DNA of 64,000 nucleotides from the NCBI GenBank assembly GCA_902614395.1, contig CACMKW010000001.1, positions 92,489 to 156,488 on the forward strand, written 5' to 3'. Source of the stretch: an uncultured Alphaproteobacteria bacterium (GTDB lineage Bacteria; Pseudomonadota; Alphaproteobacteria; HIMB59; GCA-002718135). The position numbers were made by a program, and so were the translations under genes. The notes under the pieces are model-generated. The model searched no databases. It was given only the letters and a program-made list of their open reading frames with translations, and was not told the origin of the DNA. Positions 38,036-52,858 of this stretch are shown piece by piece; positions within the stretch are counted from its first letter, which is position 1, and the number at the start of each line of letters is the position of its first letter.

Positions 38036-38953
38036 ATGTTTAAATACATACTCGCAGTTTTAATTTTATTTTTTTCAAGCTATTCTTTTTCTAATGAAAG
38101 TGATCTAACTATCTCTCAACAATTAGAGAGATTACAAAGAGAAGTCTCAGATCTTTCCAAAGAAGTATTTTCAAATTCACCGAATCAATCAAATGGAACA
38201 AATAATGGTTTCGTTAAAAATCTTTCCACTATCGATTTGCGAATATATGATTTAGAAAATGATATAAAAAATTTAACTTCTAATTTAGAAGAATTGTATT
38301 TTCAATTAGACGATATCTTTAAAAAATTAGAAAATTTAGAATTATTTATTAATAATTTCCAATCACTTCCTTTAAATAATGTTGAAGTAAATACCGATGA
38401 AGCTTCACAAGACAGTTCTGAAGTTAAAAGCAATACTTTAAGTGATACTAAAACAGAAAATACACTTGGAACATTAAATATTTCAAAAAACACAAATGAT
38501 ACAAATGAAGAAGTTATATCTGAAGACCAGGAAGTAAATTCTAATGAAAAAGAAGAGATTTTATCACCTGAAGATCAATTCCAGGTAGCGTTTGATAATA
38601 TAAGAAATAAAAAATGGCAGGATGCTAAAACTTCATTTGAACAGTTTATTTCAGAGAATCCTCAAAATCAATTATCAGGTTCAGCACATTATTGGCTTGG
38701 AGAATTATATATTCTAGAAAAAAATTATAGGGAGGCAGCACTTATATTTGCAGAAGGCTTCCAAAAATTCCCAGATAGTATTAAAGCTGCTGAAATGCTC
38801 TTTAAACTTTCTCAATCATTATACCAGGTTGAAAAAACTAATGAAGCTTGTAAAACTATGGAAAAACTAATTATAGATTTTCCTAAAAATAAAATAATTC
38901 CTCAAACCAAAAAACAAATTGTAGAGTATAATTGCTTAGAAAATAATGAATGA
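38036..38953 (+). CDS. cpoB: Tol-Pal system protein CpoB/YbgF (coiled coil plus TPR)
   Basis: 305 aa. Signal peptide, N-terminal coiled coil, C-terminal TPR block AHYWLGELYILEKNYREAALIFAEGFQKFPDS. Lies directly after pal. Confidence 0.85.
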   Translation: MFKYILAVLILFFSSYSFSNESDLTISQQLERLQREVSDLSKEVFSNSPNQSNGTNNGFVKNLSTIDLRIYDLENDIKNLTSNLEELYFQLDDIFKKLENLELFINNFQSLPLNNVEVNTDEASQDSSEVKSNTLSDTKTENTLGTLNISKNTNDTNEEVISEDQEVNSNEKEEILSPEDQFQVAFDNIRNKKWQDAKTSFEQFISENPQNQLSGSAHYWLGELYILEKNYREAALIFAEGFQKFPDSIKAAEMLFKLSQSLYQVEKTNEACKTMEKLIIDFPKNKIIPQTKKQIVEYNCLENNE

Positions 38954-39921
38954 AGCTTACAAATAAAGAATTCATTAAAATCATAGAAAAAAAATACACT
39001 TTTGAGAAAAACCCTTTGGTTGCAGTAGCAGTTTCTGGTGGTCCAGATAGTATGTCATTATTATTCCTTGTTAATGCTTTTATAAAATACAAAAAAGGGA
39101 ACCTGATTGCTTTAATTGTAAATCATCGTATTAGAAAAAATTCAAAAGAAGAAGCAAAATATGTTTCTACCTATTTGGATAAAAATAACATCAACTCTCA
39201 AATCCTAATTGTAGATAAAGATAATGTGACTAAGAAAAGTATGAATGAAGCTAGAAATAATCGTTATAATTTACTTACAAAATTTTGTATTCAAAATAAT
39301 ATTTTGCATCTATTTGTTGCTCACCACAAAGATGATAATTTAGAAACTTTTTTAAATAGAAAAATTGCTGGCAGTGACTTTTATGGCTTAAAATCAATGT
39401 CTGAATTATTACTTTACAACAAAGTAAGTGTAATAAGACCACTTTTAAATTTTTCTAAAGAAACATTATTAGACTACAATAAGAAAAATAAAATAGAATA
39501 TATTAATGATCCATCAAATCTTAATCTAGAATATACTCGTCCTATAATAAGAAATTTTCTTAAAAAATCTGATCAAAAAATAATTAAAGAAATAAATAAA
39601 GATTTTGAGAATATACTTTTTTATTCACCATATTTCATTCAAATGATATTTGAGATACTTCTTAAAAATATTGTTCATGTTGATAGTAAACAAATTGTTG
39701 TTAGTCTTCACAATATAAAAAATTTAAATGAAATTATTTCTGAAAATATTATACGAAGAATATATCAGTTTTTATTTTATCAATCTAACCCTCCTCGATC
39801 GAAAAAAACTAGAATCTTAATAAGTGAAATTAAGAAATTAAATTTTAATATTTTTAATGTCAAAGGTATGATTGTTAAAAAAAATGATGATTTTCTTACA
39901 TTTTCAAGAAAATCTGTTTAA
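38950..39921 (+). CDS. tilS: tRNA(Ile)-lysidine synthetase
   Basis: 323 aa. PP-loop VAVSGGPDSMSLL, VAHHKDDNLETFL. Short form lacking a long C-terminal domain. Confidence 0.88.
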   Translation: MKLTNKEFIKIIEKKYTFEKNPLVAVAVSGGPDSMSLLFLVNAFIKYKKGNLIALIVNHRIRKNSKEEAKYVSTYLDKNNINSQILIVDKDNVTKKSMNEARNNRYNLLTKFCIQNNILHLFVAHHKDDNLETFLNRKIAGSDFYGLKSMSELLLYNKVSVIRPLLNFSKETLLDYNKKNKIEYINDPSNLNLEYTRPIIRNFLKKSDQKIIKEINKDFENILFYSPYFIQMIFEILLKNIVHVDSKQIVVSLHNIKNLNEIISENIIRRIYQFLFYQSNPPRSKKTRILISEIKKLNFNIFNVKGMIVKKNDDFLTFSRKSV

Positions 39922-39972
39922 TTTTCTACAAAACTATTGTGTTTTTATAATAAATTCCTATGTATAATGTAG

Positions 39973-41874
39973 ATGAAAAACATCAGTAAAAACGTTGTAT
40001 TATGGATTATAATTGGATTGCTCTTAATTGTGCTTTTCAATCTTTTTCAAGGAAGTTCCAACAATAGAAATACTTCAAAAATATCCTTTTCTGACTTCAT
40101 TGCTGCAACTGAAAGCGGAAATGTTTCCGAAGTTAATATTAATGGAAGCAACGTAACAGGTTTCCTTAATGACGGCCGATCATTTAACACATATGTACCT
40201 AATTATCCGAATTTAGTTGATAAATTAAATGAAAGTGGTGTTAAGATTACCGCTGAGCCCTCTGAAAGATCAATGCATCCACTTCTAAGTGTATTACTGT
40301 CATGGTTTCCAATGCTTCTATTAATTGGAGTTTGGATTTTCTTTATGCGCCAGATGCAAGGTGGTGGTGGAAAAGCAATGGGCTTTGGTAAATCTAAAGC
40401 TAAATTGTTAAATGAAGCAGTTGGTAAAGTTACATTTGACGATGTAGCAGGTATTGATGAAGCTAAACAAGAATTAGAAGAAGTTGTTGAATTTTTAAAA
40501 GATCCTTCAAAGTTTTCTAGATTAGGTGGTAAGATTCCAAGAGGAGCACTTCTAGTAGGTCCTCCAGGTACTGGAAAAACATTACTTGCAAGAGCAATTG
40601 CGGGTGAAGCAAATGTTCCTTTCTTTTCTATTTCAGGATCTGATTTTGTCGAAATGTTTGTAGGTGTCGGTGCTAGTAGAGTTAGAGATATGTTTGACCA
40701 AGGTAAAAAAAATGCACCTTGTATAGTTTTTATCGATGAAATTGATGCTGTTGGAAGACACCGTGGCGCTGGTCTTGGTGGCGGGAACGATGAAAGAGAG
40801 CAAACTTTAAATCAACTTCTTGTGGAAATGGATGGTTTTGAAGCAAACGCGGGTGTAATTATAATTGCCGCAACAAATAGACCAGACGTTCTTGATCCAG
40901 CATTGCTTAGACCAGGAAGATTTGATCGTCAAATAACAGTTAATAATCCTGACGTAATGGGAAGAGACAAAATACTTAAAGTTCATATTAAAAAAATTAA
41001 AGTTTCGCCAAAATTTGATTCAAAAATTATCGCAAGGGGAACTCCAGGTTTTTCTGGAGCTGATTTAGCAAATTTAGTTAATGAAGCAGCATTATTAGCG
41101 GCTAGAAAAAATAAAAGAATGGTCACACTTGAGGATTTTGAAAGTGCGAAAGATAAAGTGATGATGGGTGCTGAAAAAAGATCTATGGTCATGTCAGAAG
41201 ATGAAAAAAAGCTTACAGCTTACCATGAAGCTGGTCATGCAGTAGCAACTCTTCACTCACCAGCCTCTGATCCAATTCATAAAGCAACTATAATACCGAG
41301 AGGTAGAGCATTAGGTATGGTTATGAGACTTCCTGAAAAAGATCAACTGTCTATGAGAAAAGATCAGATGAAAGCTCATTTATTAATTGCTACTGGTGGA
41401 AGAATTGCAGAAGAAATGATCTTTGGAAAAGATAAAATTACAAATGGGGCAGCAAGCGATATACAAATGGTGACAAATCTATCAAAAAAAATGATTACTG
41501 AATGGGGTATGAGTGAAAAATTAGGACGTCTAAGATATAACAATGACAGTGAGGAAGTTTTCCTAGGGCATTCCGTTGCACAATCAAAAAATTTATCTGA
41601 TTCTACAGCAAAACTAATTGATGAAGAGGTTAGATTTCTTGCAGAAGAGGCTGAAAATAATTGTAGAAAAATTCTTCAAGATAATATTGAAGAACTGCAT
41701 ATAGTTGCTAAGGGACTTTTAGAGTATGAAACATTATCAGGTGATGAAATTAAAGATTTAATCAAAGGTATAAAGCCAACTCGTGATGATTTTGATAATG
41801 ATATAAATACACCAAAAAAACCAGCTACATCTGTTCCAAAAACAGGTGGATCTGCTCCTGCTCCTGCAAACTAA
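39973..41874 (+). CDS. ftsH: ATP-dependent zinc metalloprotease FtsH
   Basis: 633 aa. Walker [12 protein letters not shown], second region of homology [20 protein letters not shown], zinc site HEAGHA. Confidence 0.96.
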   Translation: MKNISKNVVLWIIIGLLLIVLFNLFQGSSNNRNTSKISFSDFIAATESGNVSEVNINGSNVTGFLNDGRSFNTYVPNYPNLVDKLNESGVKITAEPSERSMHPLLSVLLSWFPMLLLIGVWIFFMRQMQGGGGKAMGFGKSKAKLLNEAVGKVTFDDVAGIDEAKQELEEVVEFLKDPSKFSRLGGKIPRGALLVGPPGTGKTLLARAIAGEANVPFFSISGSDFVEMFVGVGASRVRDMFDQGKKNAPCIVFIDEIDAVGRHRGAGLGGGNDEREQTLNQLLVEMDGFEANAGVIIIAATNRPDVLDPALLRPGRFDRQITVNNPDVMGRDKILKVHIKKIKVSPKFDSKIIARGTPGFSGADLANLVNEAALLAARKNKRMVTLEDFESAKDKVMMGAEKRSMVMSEDEKKLTAYHEAGHAVATLHSPASDPIHKATIIPRGRALGMVMRLPEKDQLSMRKDQMKAHLLIATGGRIAEEMIFGKDKITNGAASDIQMVTNLSKKMITEWGMSEKLGRLRYNNDSEEVFLGHSVAQSKNLSDSTAKLIDEEVRFLAEEAENNCRKILQDNIEELHIVAKGLLEYETLSGDEIKDLIKGIKPTRDDFDNDINTPKKPATSVPKTGGSAPAPAN

Positions 41875-41918
41875 TTTAATTACTTCACTTTATTTATTTT
41901 TTTGAATAAAATACATAA

Positions 41919-43266
41919 ATGTCTAAAATATTTGGTACCGATGGTATACGGTGCTTAGTTAATGAGGAACCTCTTTCTGCTGAAACTTGTCTAAAAATTT
42001 CAAAAACAGTTGCATTTCTTCTAAAAAAGAAAAATTCTAAAAATAGCAGGGTTGTGATTTGCAAAGATACTAGATTATCTGGATATTTATATGAGCCACT
42101 TGTGACAGCTGGATTTATTTCTATGGGTATGGATGTAATTTTAGTCGGCCCCCTTCCAACACCAGCCGTCCCATTAATGATTAAAACTTTAAGAGCAGAT
42201 ATTGGCGTAATGATTACAGCTTCTCATAACACATATGAATATAATGGACTTAAATTTTTTGATAGTACTGGAACAAAGCTAAGTTCATTGATAGAACAAA
42301 AGGTTGAAAAAATAGTATTAGATAATAAAAAATATTCTAGAATCTCAAACAACACATTTATTTCTGGAAATGCAAGAAGACTGGAAGATGCCTCAGGTAG
42401 ATACTCAGAATTTTTAAAAAGCACTTTGAATAAAACATCTTCCAAGAAAAAACTAAAAATTGTTTTAGATTGTGCAAATGGAGCCACATATAATATAGCT
42501 CCAAATTTATTCTGGGAACTAGGTCATAATATAATTGCCATAAATAATAACCCAGATGGCTTAAACATTAATAAAAATTGTGGTGCAGTCGATGTGAAAT
42601 CACTTTCACAAAATGTCATAAAAGAAAAGGCTGATATTGGATTTGCATTTGATGGTGATGGAGATAGGTTAATAGTTGTAGATGAAGAGGGTAAAGAAGT
42701 TGATGGTGATAAAATTATAGGATTGTTATGTAAAAGTTATGTAAAACCTCAGAAAAAATCCAATCAACATGATGTTATTATAACGGTCATGTCTAATATG
42801 GGATTAGAAAATTATCTCACAAATAAATTAAAATTAAAGATTAAGCGAACATCTGTTGGAGATATAAACGTTATAAATCAAATGAAAAAATCCAAATCTA
42901 TGATAGGTGGGGAACAATCAGGACATATAATATTATCAGAACATTCTAATACTGGTGATGGAATTTTGGCAGCTCTAAAAATCACTGAAATTTTGATATC
43001 AAATAAAAATAAGACGAGCAAAATTTTTGATTTGTACAATGACTTTGCCCAAGAAAAAATTAACTTAAGTTATAAAACAAAGAATACCAAACTGTTAAAA
43101 ATTCTTGATAAATTAAAAAATGATAAACTATATAATAATAAAAAAATCAGATCTCTTGTAAGGTTTTCTGGAACTGAACCATTAGTTAGAATACTAGTCG
43201 AAGGGCAAGAAGTTACTGAGGTTAAAAAGAAATCTCTAGAAATAAAAAAATTAGTCAGGCCTTATC

Positions 43267-43274
<8 letters not shown>
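41919..43274 (+). CDS. glmM: phosphoglucosamine mutase
   Basis: 451 aa. MSKIFGTDGIRC, phosphoserine loop GVMITASHNTYEYNGLKF, FDGDGDRL, GGEQSGH. Confidence 0.93.
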
Positions 43275-46502
<3,228 letters not shown>

Positions 46503-46532
46503 AATACGCCTATATCACAAATAAAATATAAT

Positions 46533-47504
46533 TTAATATTTAAGCAATAATTCAATCAAATTCTTAAAATCTTCAGGAATTTCAATATCAAAATCCATCC
46601 TTTTTTTTGATGTAGGATGATCAAAACCAAGATGATAAGCATGCAATGCTTGTCTTTCAAAATTTTTTAAAATCATGAATTTATTAAATGTATTTTTATC
46701 TTTTCCAAATTGATTAATTTTACTTTTTCCATAAATCTTATCACCAATTATAGGAGAATTTTTAGAAGTTAAATGAAGTCTAATTTGATGTGTTCTTCCA
46801 GTATGTAAATGGCAGTCAACTAAACTAGCAATACCAAAAGTTTTTTCTAATTTAATATCGGTTTTAGAATATTTTCCAAAACCCTTATTATTTAAACTCA
46901 TTTTTTTTCTATTTTTTCTATTTCTCTCTATGTACCCTTCAATTGATTGATTATCAGGAGTTCCCCAAACTATTGCTTTATATCTACGAGATATCGTATG
47001 TTCTTTGAATTGTTCGGCTAAATTAATATGAACGTTATTATTTTTTGCAACAACAAGAATTCCACTTGTATCCTTATCTAAACGATGGACTATTCCTGGT
47101 CTAGCATTATCATCTAAATTACTTAGTTGATTATTAGTGTAATGCATAAGAGCATTCACAAGAGTGCCACTTTCATTTCCAGGAGCTGGATGCATTACTA
47201 AATTTGGAGGTTTATTAATAACGATTAAATCTTCATCTTCAAAAATAATGTTTAAGTCTATATTTTCAGCTGAATGTTTTGTTTCTTGTTTCAATATAAT
47301 ATTTATAAAGTAATTTTCATTTTCTTTAGTTATGTAAGACGGATCTTTCATTTCCTTTTCATCAAGACTTACATTGCCATTTAATATTAAAGTTTTTATT
47401 TGTGTTCTTGAATACCCTTCTAATTTTGAAACAAGCACTTTATCTAATCTTTGTGAACTTAATTGTTTATTTATAGTTAATTTAAGATTATAGAATTCGT
47501 TCAT
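46533..47504 (-). CDS. rluD: RluA/RluD-family 23S rRNA pseudouridine synthase
   Basis: 323 aa. N-terminal S4 domain (QRLDKVLVSKLEGYSRTQIKTLI), catalytic HRLDKDTSGILVVAKN, HTGRTHQIRLH. Confidence 0.88.
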   Translation of the reverse strand: MNEFYNLKLTINKQLSSQRLDKVLVSKLEGYSRTQIKTLILNGNVSLDEKEMKDPSYITKENENYFINIILKQETKHSAENIDLNIIFEDEDLIVINKPPNLVMHPAPGNESGTLVNALMHYTNNQLSNLDDNARPGIVHRLDKDTSGILVVAKNNNVHINLAEQFKEHTISRRYKAIVWGTPDNQSIEGYIERNRKNRKKMSLNNKGFGKYSKTDIKLEKTFGIASLVDCHLHTGRTHQIRLHLTSKNSPIIGDKIYGKSKINQFGKDKNTFNKFMILKNFERQALHAYHLGFDHPTSKKRMDFDIEIPEDFKNLIELLLKY

Positions 47505-47796
47505 GTCTCAAAAAATTCTTAAATTTATTGTAATATTTTTAGGTATATTAATTCTTATTTGTTTTTTAGCTCTTGTTTATGGTTTGTATATAAAAACAAC
47601 AAAAAAACAAAGTAATTTAGAAACAAATTTAATTGATTACAATTTAAATTTAGAAAAAGGGCATAAAATTACAGATATAGATATGATTGATAATAATAGG
47701 ATTTTGTTTACAATAAAAAGTAATGATAAAGTTTATGCTTTAATATATGATATAGAAACATCAAATATTACAAAAATAGATACATCTAATGAATAA
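47503..47796 (+). CDS. small single-pass membrane protein, function unknown
   Basis: 97 aa. TM FIVIFLGILILICFLALVYGL followed by a small beta-rich domain. ATG shares the CATG tetranucleotide with the divergent rluD start. 8-nt overlap with xseB. Confidence 0.5.
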   Translation: MSQKILKFIVIFLGILILICFLALVYGLYIKTTKKQSNLETNLIDYNLNLEKGHKITDIDMIDNNRILFTIKSNDKVYALIYDIETSNITKIDTSNE

Positions 47797-48007
47797 AGAT
47801 AATAATTTTGAAAATAATTTAAAAAAACTTGAATCTATTGTAGAGAGATTAGAAAATGGTGAAGTTGATTTAGAGGAATCTGTAAAACTTTACGAAGAAG
47901 GAATGAATTTAAAAAAAGCATGCGAGGAAAAATTAAAAAGTATTGAAAGCCAAATTAAAAAAATTAAGCAAGAAAACAATAAAGTCACAAAAGAAGATTT
48001 TAAGTAA
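47789..48007 (+). CDS. xseB: exodeoxyribonuclease VII small subunit
   Basis: 72 aa. FENNLKKLESIVERLENGEVDLEESVKLYEEGMNLKKACEEKL is the XseB signature. Confidence 0.9.
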   Translation: MNKDNNFENNLKKLESIVERLENGEVDLEESVKLYEEGMNLKKACEEKLKSIESQIKKIKQENNKVTKEDFK

Positions 48008-48016
48008 TTTTCAAAT

Positions 48017-48766
48017 TTGAATAAAAATCTAAAAATAAGACTTGATCAGCTTTTAATGGATAGAAACTTAGCTGATACTAAATCAAAAGCCCAATCTATG
48101 ATCATGGCCGGCCAAGTTTATGTAAACGATAAAATTATTACCAAAAGTGGTAACAGTTTTAATGAAAACATAAAAATAAAAATTAAACAACTTCATCCTC
48201 CATGGGTATCAAGAGGTGCATTCAAATTACTGAAAGCGATTGATCATTTTAAGATTGATATTGAAAATAAAATTTGTCTAGATATCGGTTCATCAACTGG
48301 TGGATTTACAGAAGTTCTTTTAAAAAAAAACGCTAAAAAAATATATTCTATTGATGTTGGTACAAATCAACTTCATGAAAAATTAAAAAAAGAAAAAAAA
48401 ATTATCAGTATAGAAAATTTTAACGCTAAATATTTAGATAACTCAATAATTCATGAAAAAATTAATTTGGTAGTCTGTGATGTTAGTTTCATTAGTTTAA
48501 CAAAGGTTATAGAACCTAGCTTAAAGCTTTTATCAAGTAAAGCTGAGATCATTTCACTAATTAAGCCACAATTTGAAACTAATAAAATAAATTTGAAAAA
48601 AGGTATTGTGAAAGATCCATTGGTTCATGAACAAGTATGTAATGATATATCTAATTGGTTCAAAAAAACAATTAAAGCTGAAGTTGTAGGTATAGTCGAA
48701 AGTCCAATAACCGGACCAAAAGGAAATAAAGAATTTTTGATTTACAGTATTTTAAAGAAATCTTAA
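48017..48766 (+). CDS. tlyA: TlyA-family rRNA (cytidine-2'-O)-methyltransferase
   Basis: 249 aa from a TTG start. S4-like [33 protein letters not shown] motif [23 protein letters not shown]. Confidence 0.88.
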   Translation: MNKNLKIRLDQLLMDRNLADTKSKAQSMIMAGQVYVNDKIITKSGNSFNENIKIKIKQLHPPWVSRGAFKLLKAIDHFKIDIENKICLDIGSSTGGFTEVLLKKNAKKIYSIDVGTNQLHEKLKKEKKIISIENFNAKYLDNSIIHEKINLVVCDVSFISLTKVIEPSLKLLSSKAEIISLIKPQFETNKINLKKGIVKDPLVHEQVCNDISNWFKKTIKAEVVGIVESPITGPKGNKEFLIYSILKKS

Positions 48767-49822
48767 ACAATGATCAGCTATAGTTGTGGCAACCATGGCT
48801 TCACCTACAGGAACAGCTCTTATACCAACACATGGATCATGACGACCTTTAGTAGATATTGTTGTCTCTTTTAATTTTGTATTAATTGTTTTTTTTATCG
48901 ATAATATTGAGCTTGTCGGTTTTACTACAAATCTAGTAATTAATTCTTGGCCAGTTGTAATGCCTCCAAGAACTCCACCATTATTATTTGAAAGAAATAC
49001 AGGTTTTTTATTTTTAATTCTCATTTCGTCAACATTAGAAATTCCAGTTTCATAAACACTGCTAAACCCATTACCCATTTCTACACCCTTAACAGCATTA
49101 ATAGACATCAATGCTTTAGATATATCGGAGTCTATTTTTTCATAAATAGGCTCTCCTAATCCAGCTGGCAAACCTTTTACTCTAATTTCAATTATGGCAC
49201 CTAAAGAGGAACCAGATTTTCTTGCAGTTTGTATTTCATTTTCCCATGTTTTAATAATTTCTTTATCAGGACTCCAAAAATTATTTTTTGGAATAAAATT
49301 ATTATTCCAATTATCATAATTAATTTTATGATTACCTATTTGAATTAATGCACCTGTTATTACAACCTGATTTTTAATTTTATTTTTTATGATTTTTCTT
49401 GCTATTGCTCCTGCTGCTACTCTCATAGCAGTTTCTCTAGCACTAGATCTACCACCACCCCTATAATCTCTTATGCCATATTTTTTCCAATATGTATAAT
49501 CTGCATGACCTGGTCTAAATTTACCTTTGATATCACCATAATCTTTTGATCTCTGATCTTGATTGTAGATAATTAGAGAAATAGGATGACCTGTTGTTTT
49601 TCCCTCAAAAGTTCCAGATAGTATTTCAACTTTATCCTCTTCTTTTCTTTGAGTTGTAAATTTTGACTGACCAGGTTTTCTTTTATCTAAATAGGGTTGG
49701 ATATCTTTTTCAGTTAAATTTATGTTTGATGGAACTCCATCGACAACACAACCAATAGCTTTGCCATGGCTTTCTCCCCATGTAGTAAAATTAAAGATTT
49801 TTCCTATTGAATTAGAAGTCAT
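48752..49822 (-). CDS. aroC: chorismate synthase
   Basis: 356 aa. [51 protein letters not shown]. Confidence 0.95.
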   Translation of the reverse strand: MTSNSIGKIFNFTTWGESHGKAIGCVVDGVPSNINLTEKDIQPYLDKRKPGQSKFTTQRKEEDKVEILSGTFEGKTTGHPISLIIYNQDQRSKDYGDIKGKFRPGHADYTYWKKYGIRDYRGGGRSSARETAMRVAAGAIARKIIKNKIKNQVVITGALIQIGNHKINYDNWNNNFIPKNNFWSPDKEIIKTWENEIQTARKSGSSLGAIIEIRVKGLPAGLGEPIYEKIDSDISKALMSINAVKGVEMGNGFSSVYETGISNVDEMRIKNKKPVFLSNNNGGVLGGITTGQELITRFVVKPTSSILSIKKTINTKLKETTISTKGRHDPCVGIRAVPVGEAMVATTIADHCLRFL

Positions 49823-50646
49823 TTTTTAGAATTTGTAAATTCACCTAACAGTTCTGATACACTTTCACTCTCATCAACTGCAACCATTCCTACAGTATGA
49901 TAACCACAATCGACATGTTGTATCTCACCAGTAACGGCACTCCCAAGATCACTTAAGAGATACAAAGCAGAATTTCCAACATCTTGCTGATTTACATTTC
50001 TTTTAAGCGGAGCATTAAGCTCGTTCCATTTAAGAATAAATCTAAAATCACCTATTCCTGATGCTGCCAAAGTTTTGATTGGACCAGCACTAATGGCATT
50101 AACTCTTATATTTTTTTCTCCCAAATCAACTGCTAAATATCTAACACTTGCCTCTAAAGCTGCTTTTGCAACTCCCATAACATTATAATGAGGCATAACT
50201 TGTTCTGATCCATAATATGTTAAAGTTAAAATTGATCCACCATTATTCATTAAAGGTTCTGCAAGCCTACAAGCCTCTGTAAAAGAATAACATGATATAT
50301 GCATAGTTTGTTTAAAATTATCAGAAGATGTATTGTAATATTTACCTCTTAATTCATCTTTGTTGGAAAAACCAATTCCATGAACAAGAAAATCTAATTC
50401 ACCCCATTTATTTTTAAGTGTTTCAAAAACATTATTCATACTTTGTGAGTCTGAAACATCACAAGGAATAATAGTGTTAGAACCTATTTCATCTGCAAGT
50501 GGCTGAACTCTTTTCTTAAGAGCTTCTCCTTGATAAGTAAGTGCAATTTCTGCTCCCTGTTCTGCTATTTTTTTTGCAATACCCCAGGCAATAGATCTGT
50601 CATTTGCTACTCCCATAATCAGACCTTTTTTATTTTGCATCAACAT
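49819..50646 (-). CDS. fabI: enoyl-[acyl-carrier-protein] reductase (NADH), FabI type
   Basis: 275 aa. [56 protein letters not shown]. Confidence 0.93.
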   Translation of the reverse strand: MLMQNKKGLIMGVANDRSIAWGIAKKIAEQGAEIALTYQGEALKKRVQPLADEIGSNTIIPCDVSDSQSMNNVFETLKNKWGELDFLVHGIGFSNKDELRGKYYNTSSDNFKQTMHISCYSFTEACRLAEPLMNNGGSILTLTYYGSEQVMPHYNVMGVAKAALEASVRYLAVDLGEKNIRVNAISAGPIKTLAASGIGDFRFILKWNELNAPLKRNVNQQDVGNSALYLLSDLGSAVTGEIQHVDCGYHTVGMVAVDESESVSELLGEFTNSKK

Positions 50647-50714
50647 ATTGTAAATCAGTGTTTTTTTATAAATATAGATATATATACTTATAAATTAATA
50701 TTCATATCTATAAT

Positions 50715-51320
50715 ATGCAATCAAATCAAAAATTAATAAATTCTGATAAAAAACCAATTGAACTTTTTCAAGAATGGTTTGAAGAGGCAAAGAAAAGTGA
50801 AATCAATGATCCAAATGCTATGAACCTTGCTACTATATCCTCTGACGGCAAACCCAGTTCACGAATTGTTTTGCTTAAATCATATGATGATAAAGGTTTT
50901 GTTTTTTACACAAATTCAAATAGTAAAAAAGGTAGAGCAATAAAAAAAAACGATAGTGTAGCTTTAAATTTTCACTGGAAAACACTTCAAAGACAAATAA
51001 GAATAGAAGGTAATGTTTCACAAATTTCAAACGCTGAAGCTGATGAATATTATAATTCAAGGCCACTAGGAAGTAGAATAGGAGCTTGGGCTTCATTACA
51101 GTCAGAAGAACTAGATGATAGATCGACATTAACTAAAAGAGTAAAAAAGTTTGAAAAAAAATTTTCAGATAATGATGTACCAAGACCTTCACATTGGAAT
51201 GGTTACTTAGTAGAGCCTGTATTAATTGAATTTTGGCAAGATATGCCATTCAGATTGCATGACAGACTTGAATTCCGTATGGAAAATGATGGTTGGGTTA
51301 CAAGAAAATTATATCCTTAA
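50715..51320 (+). CDS. pdxH: pyridoxamine 5'-phosphate oxidase
   Basis: 201 aa. PSSRIVLLKSYDDKGFVFYTNSNSKKG, RQIRIEG, IEFWQDMPFRLHDRLEF. Confidence 0.93.
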   Translation: MQSNQKLINSDKKPIELFQEWFEEAKKSEINDPNAMNLATISSDGKPSSRIVLLKSYDDKGFVFYTNSNSKKGRAIKKNDSVALNFHWKTLQRQIRIEGNVSQISNAEADEYYNSRPLGSRIGAWASLQSEELDDRSTLTKRVKKFEKKFSDNDVPRPSHWNGYLVEPVLIEFWQDMPFRLHDRLEFRMENDGWVTRKLYP

Positions 51321-51751
51321 TTATCTTCTTTCCATTTTTGTAAAATCCATGAACTAGAATTTGATTTATTGTCACCACCTATACCCCAAAGTAACTGAAT
51401 ATTATTTTTTTCACAGAATATTGATTCTGGTGTTGTACTATTATTTCTATCACCTCCATTTGCAAATTTAATAATTGATTTTGGATATTTATTTTTTACT
51501 TTTTTAAGACCATCGATGCATGTTTTATCTCCATCATCAAATTCTATAACATCAATAACATTTTTTAACTCATTCATAATTATAGTTCTTTCAATAAAAG
51601 GAAGAAATTCCTTACCCTTCTTTTTTTGAAGCCATAAATCAGAATTTAGCAAAACTACAACTTCACCATGTTTGGCAGCTTCTTTAATTAATTTTATATG
51701 ACCACTGTGAATTGGATCAAAACCTCCACTGACAACAACTATTTCACGCAT
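51317..51751 (-). CDS. small stand-alone cytidylyltransferase-fold nucleotidyltransferase, substrate unknown
   Basis: 144 aa. VVSGGFDPIHSGHIKLI carries the (H/T)xGH motif of the RfaE-II/TagD/CoaD-like superfamily. 8-nt overlap with pyrE. Confidence 0.65.
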   Translation of the reverse strand: MREIVVVSGGFDPIHSGHIKLIKEAAKHGEVVVLLNSDLWLQKKKGKEFLPFIERTIIMNELKNVIDVIEFDDGDKTCIDGLKKVKNKYPKSIIKFANGGDRNNSTTPESIFCEKNNIQLLWGIGGDNKSNSSSWILQKWKEDN

Positions 51752-52379
51752 ACTTGCTTCTCCATTTTGCTGGGTCTTCTAAAAATTCTTTTAAGTTTGT
51801 AATCTCATCCTCAGAATATATTTTTTCACTTTCAATATAATTTATTATATCTTTCCATGTACACAGTGAGTGCATATTTACATTTAATTTAAACAATTCT
51901 GATTCTTTAAAATTAAAAATATCATAATAAAATATTACAAATATATCTTTAACTTTTAATCCCGCTTCGCGCATTGCGTTAATAAAAATTATTTTACTAC
52001 CTCCATCAGTAGCTAAATCTTCAACTAAAAGAGCTTTTTGATTATTTTCAAATTCACCTTCAATTTGTTTGTTTTTTCCAAAACCTTTTGTTTTTTTTCT
52101 AATGTAAATCATTTGTTTATCTAATTTTTGAGAAATAAACGCAGCATAGGGAATTCCAGCAGTTTCTCCACCAGCAATAATTTCTGACTCAATATTATTT
52201 TTAGTTAAATAATCTACAGCTTTATCAATTATAAAATTTCTTTCTTTTGTAAAAGAAATAATTTTTCTACAATCAACATAAACAGGACTAGCTAAGCCTG
52301 ATGTAAGAGTAAAATATTTATCAAATGAAAAATTAATAGACTTTATATCAACTAAAATTTTAGCTATCTCCTTTGACAT
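51744..52379 (-). CDS. pyrE: orotate phosphoribosyltransferase
   Basis: 211 aa. FTLTSGLASPVYVDCR, GGETAGIPYAAFIS, PRPP loop ALLVEDLATDGGSK. Confidence 0.88.
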   Translation of the reverse strand: MSKEIAKILVDIKSINFSFDKYFTLTSGLASPVYVDCRKIISFTKERNFIIDKAVDYLTKNNIESEIIAGGETAGIPYAAFISQKLDKQMIYIRKKTKGFGKNKQIEGEFENNQKALLVEDLATDGGSKIIFINAMREAGLKVKDIFVIFYYDIFNFKESELFKLNVNMHSLCTWKDIINYIESEKIYSEDEITNLKEFLEDPAKWRSKYA

Positions 52380-52384
52380 TTTTT

Positions 52385-52858
52385 TTAAGTTATTTGTGCA
52401 ATATGCTCAAATGATAAATTTCCAGGGACAATCATTATCGGTATTCTAAGGTTTGTTATTTCATTACTCACCAAAGAAGTTATTATTGGACCGGGATTTT
52501 TACTATTTGGATCAGTATTGGCAGCTAAAACAAGAACATTAATATTTTTTTCCTCATCTAATAATTGTTTTAATTCAGCTATAGTATCTCCCTCTCTTAA
52601 AGAGAGAGCAGGATAGTCACCTGTTCTTTCTTGGACAAATGAGGCAGCTTTTTTAAGAATTGTTTCTGCTTCTTCTCTAGCTTCCTCTTTCATAATGTCT
52701 GTAACACCCTTGGTTGTTAGTACATCCAAAGGCTCTATGAATGTTGCAATTATAATTTTTCTTCCTGTTTTTTTTGATCTTGCGCAAGCATATTCAAGAG
52801 CTGTATTCATCTCTTCTGAATTATCTGCAACAACTAGAATATATCTGTCATTACTCAT
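52385..52858 (-). CDS. universal stress protein (UspA) family protein
   Basis: 157 aa. ILVVADNSEE start and C-terminal VLVLAA...PIMIVPG pattern of the Usp alpha/beta fold. 4-nt overlap with the upstream gene. Confidence 0.7.
   Translation of the reverse strand: MSNDRYILVVADNSEEMNTALEYACARSKKTGRKIIIATFIEPLDVLTTKGVTDIMKEEAREEAETILKKAASFVQERTGDYPALSLREGDTIAELKQLLDEEKNINVLVLAANTDPNSKNPGPIITSLVSNEITNLRIPIMIVPGNLSFEHIAQIT

Noticed and set aside
50674-50711. 8-bp inverted repeat ATAGATAT ... ATATCTAT (22-nt spacer) just upstream of pdxH.
   Set aside because: It is AT-only and short, and is expected by chance in a 68-nt AT-rich spacer. There is no supporting conservation evidence.
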